Counted from the first letter of the whole stretch, positions 1-12,945 are shown. The stretch: DNA of 63,396 bases, filler included, from 10 parts of 10 records of this genome joined end to end with filler, not necessarily neighbours in it, one strand, 5' to 3'. Notes: generated by a model from the letters alone, not told the origin. A program made the numbers and translations.

Positions 1-199
1 AGTAGGCCCAGCCAAAAGCGGAGAAGATGTAACCCATCGAAACCGCACTTAACTGCAACTCTTTTGCCACTTCGGTACCAGCAATAGACAGCGTTGCACG
101 ATCGGCGTAGTTAACGGCGGTAACAATAAAAATAATCAGTAATATTAAATAGCGGGTATGCACGCCTTTCTTTTTTTCGTCAACGGTGTCCAGAATCAT
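1..199 (-). CDS. garP: Galactarate/glucarate MFS transporter, 5' part (runs off window start)
   Basis: Manual minus-strand translation from CAT at 197-199 gives MILDTVDEKKKGVHTRYLILLIIFIVTAVNYADRATLSIAG; divergent from garD. Confidence 0.92.
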   Translation of the reverse strand, partial: MILDTVDEKKKGVHTRYLILLIIFIVTAVNYADRATLSIAGTEVAKELQLSAVSMGYIFSAFGWAY

Positions 200-573
200 T
201 TTATTTACCTCGGGTACTTATGCTGATTTTTATTATTATGGGGAAGGTGTTATTTATGAGTTTCATTTATGCCGTAACGACAATGAACTCGGGAATTAGT
301 ATAAGCAGCGCGAGAATAATAATCATTGTGCAAATGCTAATTTAATTAATACTATTTAAATATTATTTTGAGCATATGCACATAAGGTTGCGCGCTAAAG
401 CACAGATTTGCGCTTTACCTTACCGGGCGGCACTGCAATCCCTGAAATGATTGACATTGATCACATTTCTGCGTTTAAACTCCTGACATTCTTATTTCAC
501 CCAATGAAGTCATTTATTTTTAAATGAGACCAGGTCCTCATTTTAATAACCCCTGGCTGGAGAATATTGCACA

Positions 574-2145
574 ATGGCCAACATCGAAATCAGACAAGAA
601 ACGCCAACTGCGTTTTATATAAAAGTTCACGACACAGATAATGTGGCAATTATTGTTAATGATAATGGCCTGAAAGCAGGAACGCGTTTTCCGGATGGGC
701 TGGAATTAATTGAACATATTCCCCAGGGGCATAAAGTCGCATTGCTGGACATTCCGGCTAATGGTGAAATTATTCGTTATGGCGAAGTGATTGGTTACGC
801 CGTGCGTGCAATCCCACGCGGAAGCTGGATCGACGAATCAATGGTTGTACTACCGGAAGCGCCGCCGTTACACACGCTGCCACTGGCAACCAAAGTCCCG
901 GAACCCTTACCGCCGCTGGAAGGATACACCTTTGAGGGCTATCGCAATGCCGATGGCAGCGTGGGCACCAAAAACCTGCTCGGTATCACCACCAGCGTCC
1001 ACTGTGTGGCAGGCGTGGTGGACTATGTAGTAAAAATCATTGAACGCGATCTGCTACCGAAATACCCGAACGTCGATGGCGTGGTGGGGCTGAATCATTT
1101 GTACGGTTGTGGCGTGGCGATTAACGCACCGGCGGCAGTTGTACCTATCCGTACCATTCACAATATTTCGCTGAATCCTAACTTTGGCGGCGATGTAATG
1201 GTGATTGGCCTGGGTTGTGAAAAGTTGCAGCCTGAGCGCCTGCTGACTGGAACGGATGATGTGCAAGCTATTCCAGTAGAAAGCGCCAGCATTGTCAGTT
1301 TGCAGGATGAAAAGCATGTCGGTTTTCAGTCCATGGTCGAGGATATTTTGCAGATCGCCGAACGCCATCTACAAAAACTGAATCAACGGCAGCGAGAAAC
1401 CTGCCCGGCTTCAGAACTGGTCGTTGGTATGCAGTGCGGTGGCAGCGATGCGTTTTCTGGTGTAACGGCAAACCCGGCGGTTGGCTATGCGTCTGATCTA
1501 CTGGTGCGCTGCGGCGCAACGGTGATGTTTTCAGAAGTAACGGAAGTGCGTGACGCGATCCATCTGCTGACACCACGCGCAGTGAACGAAGAGGTCGGCA
1601 AACGGCTGCTGGAGGAGATGGAGTGGTACGATAACTATCTCAATATGGGAAAAACCGACCGCAGCGCCAACCCTTCGCCGGGCAACAAGAAAGGCGGTCT
1701 GGCAAACGTGGTAGAGAAGGCACTCGGCTCCATTGCTAAATCGGGTAAAAGCGCAATTGTTGAAGTGCTGTCGCCCGGTCAACGCCCGACTAAACGCGGA
1801 TTAATTTACGCCGCGACGCCAGCCAGCGATTTTGTCTGTGGCACGCAACAGGTGGCTTCGGGTATCACAGTGCAAGTGTTTACGACCGGTCGTGGTACGC
1901 CGTACGGCCTGATGGCGGTACCCGTCATTAAAATGGCAACCCGCACCGAGCTGGCGAACCGCTGGTTTGATTTAATGGATATTAATGCGGGCACCATCGC
2001 TACCGGCGAAGAAACTATTGAAGAGGTGGGCTGGAAGTTGTTCCACTTTATTCTCGACGTCGCCAGCGGGAAGAAGAAAACCTTCTCGGATCAATGGGGG
2101 CTGCATAACCAGCTGGCGGTGTTTAACCCGGCACCGGTGACCTGA
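574..2145 (+). CDS. garD: Galactarate dehydratase
   Basis: 523-aa ORF with SAF domain and UxaA-family motifs ([19 protein letters not shown]). Confidence 0.97.
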   Translation: MANIEIRQETPTAFYIKVHDTDNVAIIVNDNGLKAGTRFPDGLELIEHIPQGHKVALLDIPANGEIIRYGEVIGYAVRAIPRGSWIDESMVVLPEAPPLHTLPLATKVPEPLPPLEGYTFEGYRNADGSVGTKNLLGITTSVHCVAGVVDYVVKIIERDLLPKYPNVDGVVGLNHLYGCGVAINAPAAVVPIRTIHNISLNPNFGGDVMVIGLGCEKLQPERLLTGTDDVQAIPVESASIVSLQDEKHVGFQSMVEDILQIAERHLQKLNQRQRETCPASELVVGMQCGGSDAFSGVTANPAVGYASDLLVRCGATVMFSEVTEVRDAIHLLTPRAVNEEVGKRLLEEMEWYDNYLNMGKTDRSANPSPGNKKGGLANVVEKALGSIAKSGKSAIVEVLSPGQRPTKRGLIYAATPASDFVCGTQQVASGITVQVFTTGRGTPYGLMAVPVIKMATRTELANRWFDLMDINAGTIATGEETIEEVGWKLFHFILDVASGKKKTFSDQWGLHNQLAVFNPAPVT

Positions 2146-2293
2146 TTTCTTTTGGAACGTCCCTCGCAAAACATGGCCTTAGTGCCATGTTTTTATTGTT
2201 TAAAGCCCCCACGTCCATTAATAATGCATTTGCATTACCTTAGTTCAAGCTTATAATTTGAGCAGAAAACAGGCTGTAAAAGGACAGTGAATC

Positions 2294-2630
2294 ATGCCCG
2301 CTAATGCTCGCTCTCACGCTGTACTGACCACTGAATCAAAGGTCACGATACGCGGACAAACAACTATCCCCGCGCCAGTGCGTGAGGCCTTAAAACTGAA
2401 GCCAGGCCAGGACAGCATTCATTACGAAATTCTGCCTGGTGGGCAAGTATTTATGTGCCGACTGGGAGATGAACAGGAGGATCATACTATGAATGCATTT
2501 TTTGCGTTTTCTGGATGCAGATATCCAGAACAACCCGCAAAAAACTCGTCCATTCAACATTCAACAAGGAAAGAAACTTGTCGCTGGCATGGACGTCAAC
2601 ATTGATGATGAGATTGGCGACGACGAATAA
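2294..2630 (+). CDS. prlF: PrlF (SohA) antitoxin; appears frameshifted by +1 T at 2498-2503
   Basis: N-terminus MPANARSHAVLTTESKVTIRGQTTIPAPVR; the canonical C-terminus LRFLDADIQNNPQ...DDEIGDDE continues in another frame to TAA at 2628-2630. Confidence 0.93.
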
Positions 2631-3094
2631 TGGATTTTCCACAAAGGGTTAATGGTTGGGCGCTATATGCTCATCCCTGTTTTCAGGAAACCTACGACGC
2701 TTTAGTTGCCGAAGTCGAGACATTAAAGGGAAAAGATCCTGAAAATTATCAGAGAAAAGCCGCCACAAAGTTATTGGCGGTAGTCCATAAAGTGATTGAG
2801 GAGCATATCACGGTCAATCCATCATCACCGGCATTCCGTCATGGCAAGTCGTTAGGCTCTGGGAAAAATAAAGACTGGTCACGGGTAAAATTTGGTGCTG
2901 GTCGTTATCGTCTCTTCTTTCGTTATAGTGAAAAAGAGAAAGTCATCATTCTGGGATGGATGAACGATGAAAACACTCTGCGCACCTACGGTAAAAAAAC
3001 AGATGCCTATACCGTATTCAGCAAAATGTTAAAAAGAGGACATCCTCCTGCCGACTGGGAAACCCTCACCCGAGAAACAGAAGAAACCCATTGA
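2630..3094 (+). CDS. yhaV: YhaV toxin (RelE-like ribonuclease)
   Basis: 154-aa ORF overlapping the prlF stop (TAATG); RYRLFFRY motif. Confidence 0.96.
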   Translation: MDFPQRVNGWALYAHPCFQETYDALVAEVETLKGKDPENYQRKAATKLLAVVHKVIEEHITVNPSSPAFRHGKSLGSGKNKDWSRVKFGAGRYRLFFRYSEKEKVIILGWMNDENTLRTYGKKTDAYTVFSKMLKRGHPPADWETLTRETEETH

Positions 3095-3148
3095 TGGTGT
3101 TCACAATGCCCGCCGAACGCATTCGTGTTGACCAGCGGGCATCCTTTC

Positions 3149-3958
3149 TCACTCCCCGACCAGAATCACTTCAACCCCAGCCTTTCGCAGTCCTTCCAGG
3201 CTATCCGCAGGAATGCCTTCATCAACAATGATCATGTCGATACGTTGAGTATCAATGATCTTATGTAAACTGGAACGATTGAACTTACTGGAATCGGTGA
3301 CCACGATGATCCGTTCCGCAACTTCGCACATCCGACGGTTTAAACGAGCTTCATCTTCATTATGTGTGCTGACGCCGCGCTCCAGATCGATCGCATCTAC
3401 ACCAAGAAACAGCATATCGAAGTGGTAATTTTGCAGCGATTGCTCAGCCTGATCGCCGTAAAAAGATTGCGACTGACGGCGCAAATGCCCGCCGGTCATC
3501 AGCAGCTCAACGCCTTCCGCTTCCAGCAACGCATTAGCCACGTTCATACCGTTGGTCATCGCAATTACGTCAGTGTGCTTGCGCATCAGACGAGCAATCT
3601 CAAAAGTGGTGGTCCCGGAATCGAGGATAACCCGATGACCTGGCTGAATCAACTCAACGGCAGCTTTCGCAACGCTGCGTTTCATCGCGGTGTTCAGTGC
3701 GCTTTTATCTTCCACTGATGGCTCGACTGACGGCGTCGTGCTATCGCAGATCAACGCGCCACCATAGGCACGCACAGCGATCCCCTGCTTTTCCAGAAAC
3801 GCCAGATCGTTGCGGATCGTCACAGTAGATACGCCATACAATGCCGACAGATCGTTAACCTGCACACTCCCTTGCTGTCGCAGACGCTGAATGATCTGTT
3901 CTCGTCGCTCGCTGGTGCCAGTCACTCGCTTCTCACCTGAAGCGTCGGTATTACTCAT
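3149..3958 (-). CDS. agaR: DeoR-family repressor of the aga operons
   Basis: 269 aa; DeoR HTH ([10 protein letters not shown]); aga locus context. Confidence 0.96.
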
Positions 3959-3974
3959 AGTAAGTCCTTTCGTA

Positions 3975-4175
3975 AAACTTTCGTTTCATTTCGTTTTGCC
4001 TATTAACGCCTTTCTATTAAGCAAATGCAAGCCCACCTTGCCCATTGACGCAAGCTACTCTCGTTTCAGTGACTTTCATTATGTTTCTTTTGTGAATCAG
4101 ATCAGAAAACCATTATCTTTCGTTTTATTTTTATCTCACCATGACGCAGTATCAACTGAAACAAAACGAAAGATT
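3975..4175. promoter_or_regulatory. agaR/kbaZ divergent promoter region with repeated TTTCGTTT AgaR-type operator motifs
   Basis: Repeats such as ctttcgtttcatttcgtttt (~3978), ctttcgttttattttt (~4117) and the inverse aaacaaaacgaaag (~4159). Confidence 0.65.
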
Positions 4176-4206
4176 AATATCGCAGTAATCTGAACTGGAG
4201 AGGAAA

Positions 4207-5487
4207 GTGAAACATCTGACAGAAATGGTGAGACAGCACAAAGCGGGCAAAACAAATGGAATTTATGCCGTTTGTTCCGCACATCCGCTGGTGCTGGAAG
4301 CTGCAATCCGCTACGCCAGTGCAAACCAAACGCCGTTACTGATTGAAGCAACCTCCAATCAGGTAGACCAGTTCGGCGGTTATACCGGAATGACGCCCGC
4401 CGATTTTCGCGGCTTTGTTTGTCAGCTCGCCGACTCGTTGAATTTCCCGCAGGATGCGTTGATTCTGGGTGGTGACCATCTGGGGCCAAACCGCTGGCAA
4501 AACCTGCCGGCCGCTCAGGCAATGGCCAATGCCGATGATTTGATTAAAAGCTACGTTGCGGCAGGATTCAAAAAAATCCACCTTGATTGCAGCATGTCCT
4601 GTCAGGACGATCCGATTCCCTTAACTGATGACATCGTGGCTGAACGCGCCGCCCGTCTGGCGAAAGTGGCGGAAGAAACCTGTCTTGAACACTTTGGCGA
4701 AGCCGATCTGGAGTATGTCATTGGTACCGAAGTGCCGGTACCTGGCGGCGCGCATGAAACCTTAAGCGAGCTGGCGGTCACCACGCCGGATGCCGCCCGC
4801 GCCACGCTGGAAGCCCATCGTCACGCCTTTGAAAAGCAAGGTTTGAATGCCATCTGGCCACGCATCATTGCCCTGGTGGTTCAACCCGGCGTCGAATTCG
4901 ATCACACCAACGTTATTGATTATCAGCCCGCCAAAGCGAGCGCCTTAAGCCAGATGGTCGAAAACTACGAAACGCTGATTTTCGAAGCGCACTCTACCGA
5001 TTATCAAACGCCGCAATCGCTGCGCCAGCTGGTGATTGACCACTTTGCCATTCTGAAAGTTGGCCCAGCGCTGACCTTCGCCCTGCGTGAAGCTCTGTTC
5101 TCTCTGGCGGCGATTGAAGAAGAACTGGTGCCAGCGAAAGCCTGTTCTGGTCTGCGTCAGGTGCTGGAAGACGTGATGCTCGACCGCCCGGAATACTGGC
5201 AAAGCCACTACCACGGTGACGGCAACGCGCGTCGTCTGGCGCGTGGTTATAGCTACTCGGATCGCGTGCGCTATTACTGGCCGGACAGCCAGATTGATGA
5301 CGCTTTCGCTCATCTGGTACGTAATCTGGCGGATTCACCAATTCCGCTGCCGCTGATCAGCCAGTATCTGCCGCTGCAGTACGTGAAAGTTCGCTCCGGC
5401 GAGCTGCAGCCAACGCCACGGGAACTCATTATCAACCATATTCAGGACATCCTGGCGCAGTACCACACAGCCTGTGAAGGCCAATAA
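4207..5487 (+). CDS. kbaZ: Tagatose-bisphosphate aldolase chaperone subunit
   Basis: 426 aa; GatZ/KbaZ motifs [15 protein letters not shown] and GGDHLGP. Confidence 0.96.
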   Translation: MKHLTEMVRQHKAGKTNGIYAVCSAHPLVLEAAIRYASANQTPLLIEATSNQVDQFGGYTGMTPADFRGFVCQLADSLNFPQDALILGGDHLGPNRWQNLPAAQAMANADDLIKSYVAAGFKKIHLDCSMSCQDDPIPLTDDIVAERAARLAKVAEETCLEHFGEADLEYVIGTEVPVPGGAHETLSELAVTTPDAARATLEAHRHAFEKQGLNAIWPRIIALVVQPGVEFDHTNVIDYQPAKASALSQMVENYETLIFEAHSTDYQTPQSLRQLVIDHFAILKVGPALTFALREALFSLAAIEEELVPAKACSGLRQVLEDVMLDRPEYWQSHYHGDGNARRLARGYSYSDRVRYYWPDSQIDDAFAHLVRNLADSPIPLPLISQYLPLQYVKVRSGELQPTPRELIINHIQDILAQYHTACEGQ

Positions 5488-5509
5488 GCAAAACAAAGAG
5501 GAACACGCT

Positions 5510-5983
5510 ATGCCAAATATTGTTTTAAGCCGGATTGATGAACGCTTGATTCACGGTCAGGTCGGCGTTCAATGGGTCGGATTTGCGGGGGCAAATCTGG
5601 TGCTGGTAGCCAACGATGAGGTTGCCGAAGATCCGGTACAACAAAACCTGATGGAAATGGTACTGGCAGAAGGGATCGCCGTACGTTTCTGGACGCTGCA
5701 AAAAGTTATCGACAACATTCATCGCGCCGCCGATCGACAGAAAATCCTGCTGGTTTGTAAAACACCCGCCGATTTCCTGACGCTGGTGAAAGGTGGCGTT
5801 CCGGTGAATCGCATTAACGTTGGCAATATGCACTACGCCAATGGCAAACAACAAATCGCCAAAACGGTTTCTGTGGATGCGGGCGATATCGCAGCATTTA
5901 ACGACCTGAAAACCGCTGGGGTGGAATGCTTCGTTCAGGGCGTCCCGACAGAGCCTGCTGTGGACCTCTTTAAATTACTTTGA
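5510..5983 (+). CDS. agaV: PTS GalNAc EIIB
   Basis: RIDERLIHGQV motif; ATG at 5510 after GAGG. Confidence 0.94.
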   Translation: MPNIVLSRIDERLIHGQVGVQWVGFAGANLVLVANDEVAEDPVQQNLMEMVLAEGIAVRFWTLQKVIDNIHRAADRQKILLVCKTPADFLTLVKGGVPVNRINVGNMHYANGKQQIAKTVSVDAGDIAAFNDLKTAGVECFVQGVPTEPAVDLFKLL

Positions 5984-5993
5984 GGGATTCATC

Positions 5994-6395
5994 ATGGAAA
6001 TCAGCCTGTTGCAGGCATTTGCGTTGGGCATTATCGCCTTTATCGCTGGCCTGGATATGTTTAACGGCCTAACCCATATGCACCGCCCGGTGGTCCTCGG
6101 CCCGTTGGTCGGGCTGGTACTTGGCGATCTGCATACCGGAATTTTAACCGGCGGTACGCTGGAACTGGTGTGGATGGGGCTGGCCCCGCTGGCGGGCGCA
6201 CAGCCGCCTAACGTGATTATCGGTACTATCGTCGGCACGGCGTTTGCCATTACTACTGGCGTGAAACCCGATGTCGCAGTAGGTGTCGCCGTACCTTTCG
6301 CTGTCGCAGTACAGATGGGGATTACCTTCCTGTTCTCGGTGATGTCCGGCGTGATGTCTCGCTGCGACCTGGCAACAAACCCGCGCCGCATTTGA
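5994..6395 (+). pseudogene. agaW: PTS EIIC, 3'-truncated by deletion
   Basis: 133-aa EIIC N-terminal half whose tail runs into agaA sequence. Confidence 0.9.
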
Positions 6396-6918
6396 TGCTG
6401 GTGCCGACGGCCTGGTGCATTGCTATAACGGGATGACAGGTTTACATCACCGCGAACCGGGAATGGTTGGCGCGGGATTAACGGACAAGCGCGCCTGGCT
6501 GGAACTGATAGCCGATGGTCATCATGTGCATCCGGCGGCAATGTCGCTGTGTTGTTGCTGTGCGAAAGAGAGAATCGTACTGATCACCGACGCGATGCAG
6601 GCAGCTGGGATGCCGGATGGTCGCTATACGTTATGTGGTGAAGAAGTGCAGATGCACGGTGGCGTTGTCCGTACCGCGTCTGGTGGGCTGGCGGGCAGTA
6701 CGCTGTCTGTTGATGCGGCAGTGCGCAATATGGTCGAGTTGACGGGCGTAACGCCTGCGGAAGCCATCCATATGGCGTCGCTGCATCCGGCGCGAATGCT
6801 GGGTGTTGATGGTGTTCTGGGATCGCTTAAACCGGGCAAACGCGCCAGCGTCGTTGCGCTGGATAGCGGGCTACATGTGCAACAAATCTGGATTCAGGGT
6901 CAATTAGCTTCGTTTTGA
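6364..6918 (+). pseudogene. agaA: GalNAc-6-phosphate deacetylase, 5'-truncated
   Basis: NagA-like C-terminal half (ATWQQTRAAFDAGADGLVHCYNGM...IADGHHVHP...LAGSTL) with no N-terminal half. Confidence 0.9.
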
Positions 6919-6993
6919 TAGTTTGCTCCTTTATTGGGCCTTCACTTCCCCCGTAAGGCCTTTCTTTTTCTTTCGTTTTGATCTGTGCAGCGG

Positions 6994-7077
6994 TGTCGGA
7001 TGCGACGCTAACGCGTCTTATCCGACCTACAGTTGGTGACCGCAAGGCCGGATAAAGCGTTTGCGCCGCATCCAGCA
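6994..7077. repeat. Pair of inverted REP sequences (BIME)
   Basis: tgtcggatgcgacgctaacgcgtcttatccgacctac ... ggccggataaagcgtttgcgccgcatccagca. Confidence 0.88.
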
Positions 7078-7268
7078 ATCCCTTTTGCTTCCTTTATCTT
7101 TTCTTTCAACGATCACAAATTTCGTTTTATTTCTTTTTTCTCCATTGAACTTTCAGTTTCTTTTCTATAGATTTTAATCAACGAAAGACATCACCAAGTG
7201 AAATGAAACGAAAGGCAAGTGAAAGCGACAACGCCCGACGTCAAGTTCATCAGACTAAGGATTGAGTT

Positions 7269-8423
7269 ATGCCAGAAAATTACACCCCTGCTGCCGCCGC
7301 AACCGGTACATGGACTGAAGAAGAGATCCGCCATCAGCCTCGCGCATGGATCCGTTCACTCACCAACATCGACGCGCTACGTTCCGCGCTCAATAACTTC
7401 CTTGAACCGTTACTGCGCAAAGAGAATCTGCGGATCATCCTGACCGGAGCCGGAACGTCGGCATTTATCGGTGACATCATCGCGCCGTGGCTCGCCAGCC
7501 ATACCGGTAAAAACTTCAGCGCCGTACCGACCACCGATCTGGTCACCAATCCGATGGACTACCTGAACCCAGCTCATCCGCTGCTGTTGATCTCCTTCGG
7601 TCGATCCGGCAACAGCCCGGAAAGCGTCGCAGCCGTGGAACTGGCAAATCAATTTGTACCGGAATGCTATCACCTGCCGATCACCTGCAACGAAGCGGGC
7701 GCTCTTTACCAAAACGCGATCAACAGCGATAACGCGTTTGCCCTGCTGATGCCCGCAGAAACGCACGATCGCGGCTTTGCGATGACCAGCAGCATTACCA
7801 CCATGATGGCCAGCTGCCTCGCGGTTTTCGCACCTGAGACGATCAACAGCCAAACCTTCCGCGACGTGGCGGATCGTTGCCAGGCGATCCTGACCTCACT
7901 GGGCGATTTCAGCGAAGGTGTGTTTGGTTACGCACCGTGGAAACGGATCGTTTATCTCGGTAGCGGTGGCTTACAGGGCGCAGCACGCGAGTCGGCGCTG
8001 AAAGTGCTGGAACTGACGGCGGGTAAACTGGCGGCCTTTTATGATTCTCCAACCGGATTCCGTCATGGACCAAAATCGCTGGTCGATGACGAAACGCTGG
8101 TGGTGGTATTTGTCTCCAGCCACCCTTACACCCGTCAGTATGATCTTGATCTGCTGGCTGAACTTCGCCGTGACAACCAGGCAATGCGTGTAATCGCCAT
8201 CGCCGCGGAAAGCAGCGACATCGTCGCTGCCGGTCCACATATCATCCTGCCACCGTCACGTCACTTTATCGACGTTGAGCAGGCATTTTGCTTCCTGATG
8301 TACGCCCAGACGTTTGCACTGATGCAGTCGCTGCACATGGGCAATACGCCGGATACCCCATCAGCCAGTGGCACCGTTAACCGCGTGGTGCAAGGCGTAA
8401 TCATTCATCCGTGGCAGGCATAA
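7269..8423 (+). CDS. agaS: Galactosamine-6-phosphate deaminase/isomerase (SIS domains)
   Basis: 384 aa; TGAGTS, GRSGNSPES and GFRHGPK motifs. Confidence 0.96.
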   Translation: MPENYTPAAAATGTWTEEEIRHQPRAWIRSLTNIDALRSALNNFLEPLLRKENLRIILTGAGTSAFIGDIIAPWLASHTGKNFSAVPTTDLVTNPMDYLNPAHPLLLISFGRSGNSPESVAAVELANQFVPECYHLPITCNEAGALYQNAINSDNAFALLMPAETHDRGFAMTSSITTMMASCLAVFAPETINSQTFRDVADRCQAILTSLGDFSEGVFGYAPWKRIVYLGSGGLQGAARESALKVLELTAGKLAAFYDSPTGFRHGPKSLVDDETLVVVFVSSHPYTRQYDLDLLAELRRDNQAMRVIAIAAESSDIVAAGPHIILPPSRHFIDVEQAFCFLMYAQTFALMQSLHMGNTPDTPSASGTVNRVVQGVIIHPWQA

Positions 8424-9296
<873 letters not shown>

Positions 9297-9462
9297 TCAT
9301 TAGTTTTTTATGATTTATCCCAATGTACTTCCCGATTAATATCGGGGAGTGCCTTAATGGAAAAGGAGATAACTAAACCTTAATAAATACATCACTACAA
9401 TATCGCAACAATAATATATTTAAAAAAATTATATTATTCAACTTTATGGTGAGGATTACACA

Positions 9463-9939
9463 ATGACCAGTCCAAATATTCTCTTAACCCGTATTGATAA
9501 CCGTCTGGTTCACGGTCAGGTTGGCGTGACCTGGACATCCACCATCGGTGCAAATCTGCTGGTAGTCGTGGATGATGTTGTCGCTAACGATGATATTCAA
9601 CAGAAATTAATGGGTATTACCGCGGAAACCTACGGCTTTGGCATTCGTTTCTTTACTATCGAAAAAACCATTAACGTCATCGGCAAAGCTGCACCACATC
9701 AGAAGATCTTCCTGATTTGCCGTACGCCACAAACGGTACGTAAATTGGTAGAAGGTGGTATTGACCTGAAAGATGTCAACGTCGGCAATATGCATTTCTC
9801 GGAAGGGAAAAAGCAAATCAGCAGTAAAGTTTATGTCGATGACCAGGATCTCACGGACTTACGTTTTATTAAACAACGTGGCGTGAATGTTTTCATTCAG
9901 GACGTCCCTGGCGATCAAAAAGAACAAATCCCTGACTAA
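9463..9939 (+). CDS. agaB: PTS galactosamine EIIB
   Basis: 158 aa; RIDNRLVHGQV motif. Confidence 0.95.
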   Translation: MTSPNILLTRIDNRLVHGQVGVTWTSTIGANLLVVVDDVVANDDIQQKLMGITAETYGFGIRFFTIEKTINVIGKAAPHQKIFLICRTPQTVRKLVEGGIDLKDVNVGNMHFSEGKKQISSKVYVDDQDLTDLRFIKQRGVNVFIQDVPGDQKEQIPD

Positions 9940-9977
9940 ATCTAAAATCGCCTTAATATTGGTTTGAGGTAATAAAA

Positions 9978-10317
9978 ATGCATGAAATAACCCTACTTCA
10001 GGGATTATCCCTGGCGGCGTTAGTTTTTGTTCTGGGGATTGATTTTTGGCTGGAAGCCTTATTTTTATTCCGCCCGATAATCGTTTGTACCCTAACTGGC
10101 GCTATTCTCGGTGATATTCAGACTGGCTTAATTACCGGTGGTCTGACAGAGTTGGCTTTCGCCGGATTAACCCCTGCAGGTGGTGTTCAGCCGCCCAACC
10201 CGATTATGGCGGGTCTGATGACCACCGTCATTGCATGGTCTACGGGCGTTGATGCCAAAACAGCAATTGGTCTTGGCCTGCCGTTTAGTTTGTTAATGCA
10301 GTACGTCATTCTGTTCT
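9978..10317 (+). CDS. agaC: PTS galactosamine EIIC, partial (contig end)
   Basis: Hydrophobic EIIC N-terminus, cut by the linker. Confidence 0.92.
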
Positions 10318-10417
10318 NNNNNNNNNNNNNNNNNNNNNNNNNNNNNNNNNNNNNNNNNNNNTTAATTAATTAANNNNNNNNNNNNNNNNNNNNNNNNNNN
10401 NNNNNNNNNNNNNNNNN
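10318..10417. other. Artificial contig linker N44-TTAATTAATTAA-N44
   Basis: Stop codons in all six frames flanked by Ns; identical at nine sites. Confidence 0.98.
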
Positions 10418-11213
10418 TTAAATGCCATGCTGGCATCTGATGTTTTTTCCATGCAAGGTCGGAAATGGCTTCTTCTGGCGCTTCGGTTTCGGCGGTGATC
10501 CAGTTCCCGCCAGCACAAGAAAGGGCAATGTAGGGACTATCAGGATCGAGGATCTGGCTGCATCCCCAACGAACGAATTCATCCACATAACGTGTGTAGT
10601 TGGTAAACAAGACGAACGGCTGAAAATGTTCAACTGGCGTACCGGTATAATGGCGCAACCGTGCGAGGGAAAAATCGACGCGGCGCGCATCAAAATGCGA
10701 TAGCGGGGAGAATTCAGTTGGATGATAAATGCCGTCTGCAGTTTCATCGCCAATTTGCGCCAGTTCTGTTGTCGGGAAGTAGCGAGTTAACCCAGCGCTC
10801 ATTGAGCGATCAAGTGTCAATTCAGAGCCATCGATGACATAAGGATAAGGGATTTCATGCTGCGAGGGTTGCACTGAGATATGCGCACCATAATCCTGAT
10901 ACAGCAACGTAAGTTGTTCATTAAGATACGAACGAAAGAGAGTAGGGCGAGTAATCGTGGTGGTGTAGCTGCCTGCGTGGGTAAAGCGACCAAATGCGCG
11001 CGTTTTGGGGGGATTGGTTGTGCTACCGTCCCAGGTTACGGTCAGTGATGGATAGACAAAAAGACCTTGTTTGCGGGCGTTTTCATCAGGTAATTCGCCA
11101 CTTGTAATATAGTTGCCAATGGCGTTGCGTAATGCGACTACAGATTGCTCATACAGCGCGTCGAGTTTATCCAGTGCCTGAGCTGGGGTCAGACCGGAGC
11201 CCTTATTATTCAT
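10418..11213 (-). CDS. amn: AMP nucleosidase, 5' part (contig end)
   Basis: MNNKGSGLTPAQALDKLDALYEQ...; start CAT at 11211-11213. Confidence 0.94.
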
Positions 11214-11314
11214 GTGTGTCTCCTGTTCCATACAATTACCGCACATCCGATAGTATGTCACAGAAATGTGAAACAAAAGTGTAAGGCGAAGATCGGATGA
11301 TCTTCGCCAGGCTA

Positions 11315-12631
11315 TCAAGCGCGTTGACTGTCTTTCATCAACAAAGCGGTCATTGCGGAAATCAGGCATCCAGCCAGCAAATAAATGGCGACGCTATGCC
11401 AGTTCCCGGCAAAGTAAGTGATGAGTGCAGCGGCAATAAAAGGTGTAAATCCACCGCCAACCACACTGGCAACCTGATAACCGACTCCAGCGCCACTATA
11501 GCGATAACTGGCACCAAACATTTCGGTAAACATCGGTTGTTGCACACACACCACCATGTCATGCGCAATGTTTGCCAGCATTATGGAGAAGAAAACTATC
11601 CAGAAAATAGATTGTGCTTCAAGCGCCATAAAGAAAGGAAATGCGCTCAACGTTCCGATTAACGTACCTGTGATATAAACCCTACGGCGACCAAAACGAT
11701 CGGCAAGCCAGGCAAAACAGGGAATTGTCAGGCAGCTTAATCCACCTACCAGCAAACCAATATTAAGGAAAAGTTCGCGCGGTAGCCCCATATTCTGGGT
11801 TGAATAATTAAGTGCAAAGGCAGTAACGATGTACATCGTCAGCAATTCGCACAGTCGTAGCGCAATAATCTTCAGGAAAGCACCGGGATGTCGTAACAGC
11901 GCTTCGATAACCGGGATGCGTTTTTTCGCGGCAGCTTGATAATGTTGCTGTTGTTCAAATTCCGCGGACTCCTCCATGCCATTGCGCACCCACAATGCTC
12001 CCAGTACCAGTACGATGCTAAACAGGAAAGGAATGCGCCAGCCCCAGCTTAAAAACTGTTCGTCAGTCGTCATCATACTGATCAATGAAACCAGTCCGGT
12101 TGAAAGCAGTAAACCTACACCGTAGCCAACTTGTACACCGCTACTGTAAAAGGCTTTTTTATTTTTCGGTGCACTTTCAACGGAAAGCAACGCCGCGCCT
12201 CCCCATTCGCCGCCGACTGCAAATCCCTGAATGGCACGCAGTGTCACCAGCAAAATAGGTGCCCACCACCCAATGGTCGAGAATGAAGGAAGAATACCAA
12301 TCAAGGCTGTCGCGATGCCCATCATCCAGACGGTCAGCATTAACATGCGCTTACGTCCCAGTCGGTCGCCAAAGTGACCGAAAATGACACCGCCGAGCGG
12401 ACGGAAAAGAAATCCGACGCCAAAGGTAGCAAATGCGGCGAGCGTTCCCATCGCCGGGCTTACTTGCGGGAAAAACTCGCGATTAAACACCAGTGCGGCG
12501 GTGATGCCATAGAGTAAAAAATCATACCAGTCGACGACGGCACCAGCGAAGCTGCCTAACGCAGCTCGTCGGGCGCGACTTAACGAAAGCGTCCCTTCAT
12601 CGGGACGAGTGGAGATGAGCGTGGAGTCCAT
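11315..12631 (-). CDS. shiA: Shikimate:H+ symporter (MFS)
   Basis: 438-aa MHS-family transporter adjacent to amn. Confidence 0.95.
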   Translation of the reverse strand: MDSTLISTRPDEGTLSLSRARRAALGSFAGAVVDWYDFLLYGITAALVFNREFFPQVSPAMGTLAAFATFGVGFLFRPLGGVIFGHFGDRLGRKRMLMLTVWMMGIATALIGILPSFSTIGWWAPILLVTLRAIQGFAVGGEWGGAALLSVESAPKNKKAFYSSGVQVGYGVGLLLSTGLVSLISMMTTDEQFLSWGWRIPFLFSIVLVLGALWVRNGMEESAEFEQQQHYQAAAKKRIPVIEALLRHPGAFLKIIALRLCELLTMYIVTAFALNYSTQNMGLPRELFLNIGLLVGGLSCLTIPCFAWLADRFGRRRVYITGTLIGTLSAFPFFMALEAQSIFWIVFFSIMLANIAHDMVVCVQQPMFTEMFGASYRYSGAGVGYQVASVVGGGFTPFIAAALITYFAGNWHSVAIYLLAGCLISAMTALLMKDSQRA

Positions 12632-12945
12632 AATGATCCTGTTTGTACTGTCTTTTTATAATTAGTATGGAAAAGGTAACTCACATTGCCGTCGATCTAT
12701 AAACGAACCTTATGAGACTACCTCGACAGAGCGCATCTGCAAATGATTTTATGGCTGATTAGCGGCAACATGAAAAATTCGATGGAAGATGAAAGCGCAG
12801 GAGTTGCTGGTGTTGTTTAAGGATTAAGCAGAGGACCCACAGGTTAGAGATATGAAACATAAAAGTCCGCATATGCACAAAATGGCACCCTGATGAGTCT
12901 GATAGACTGCATTGCATTATAACCAGTAGGGAGGCGAGGTTAGGT

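Noticed and set aside
10362-10373. Recurrent TTAATTAATTAA palindrome as a biological repeat or recombination site
   Set aside because: Always centred in exactly 44+44 Ns; it is an assembly linker.
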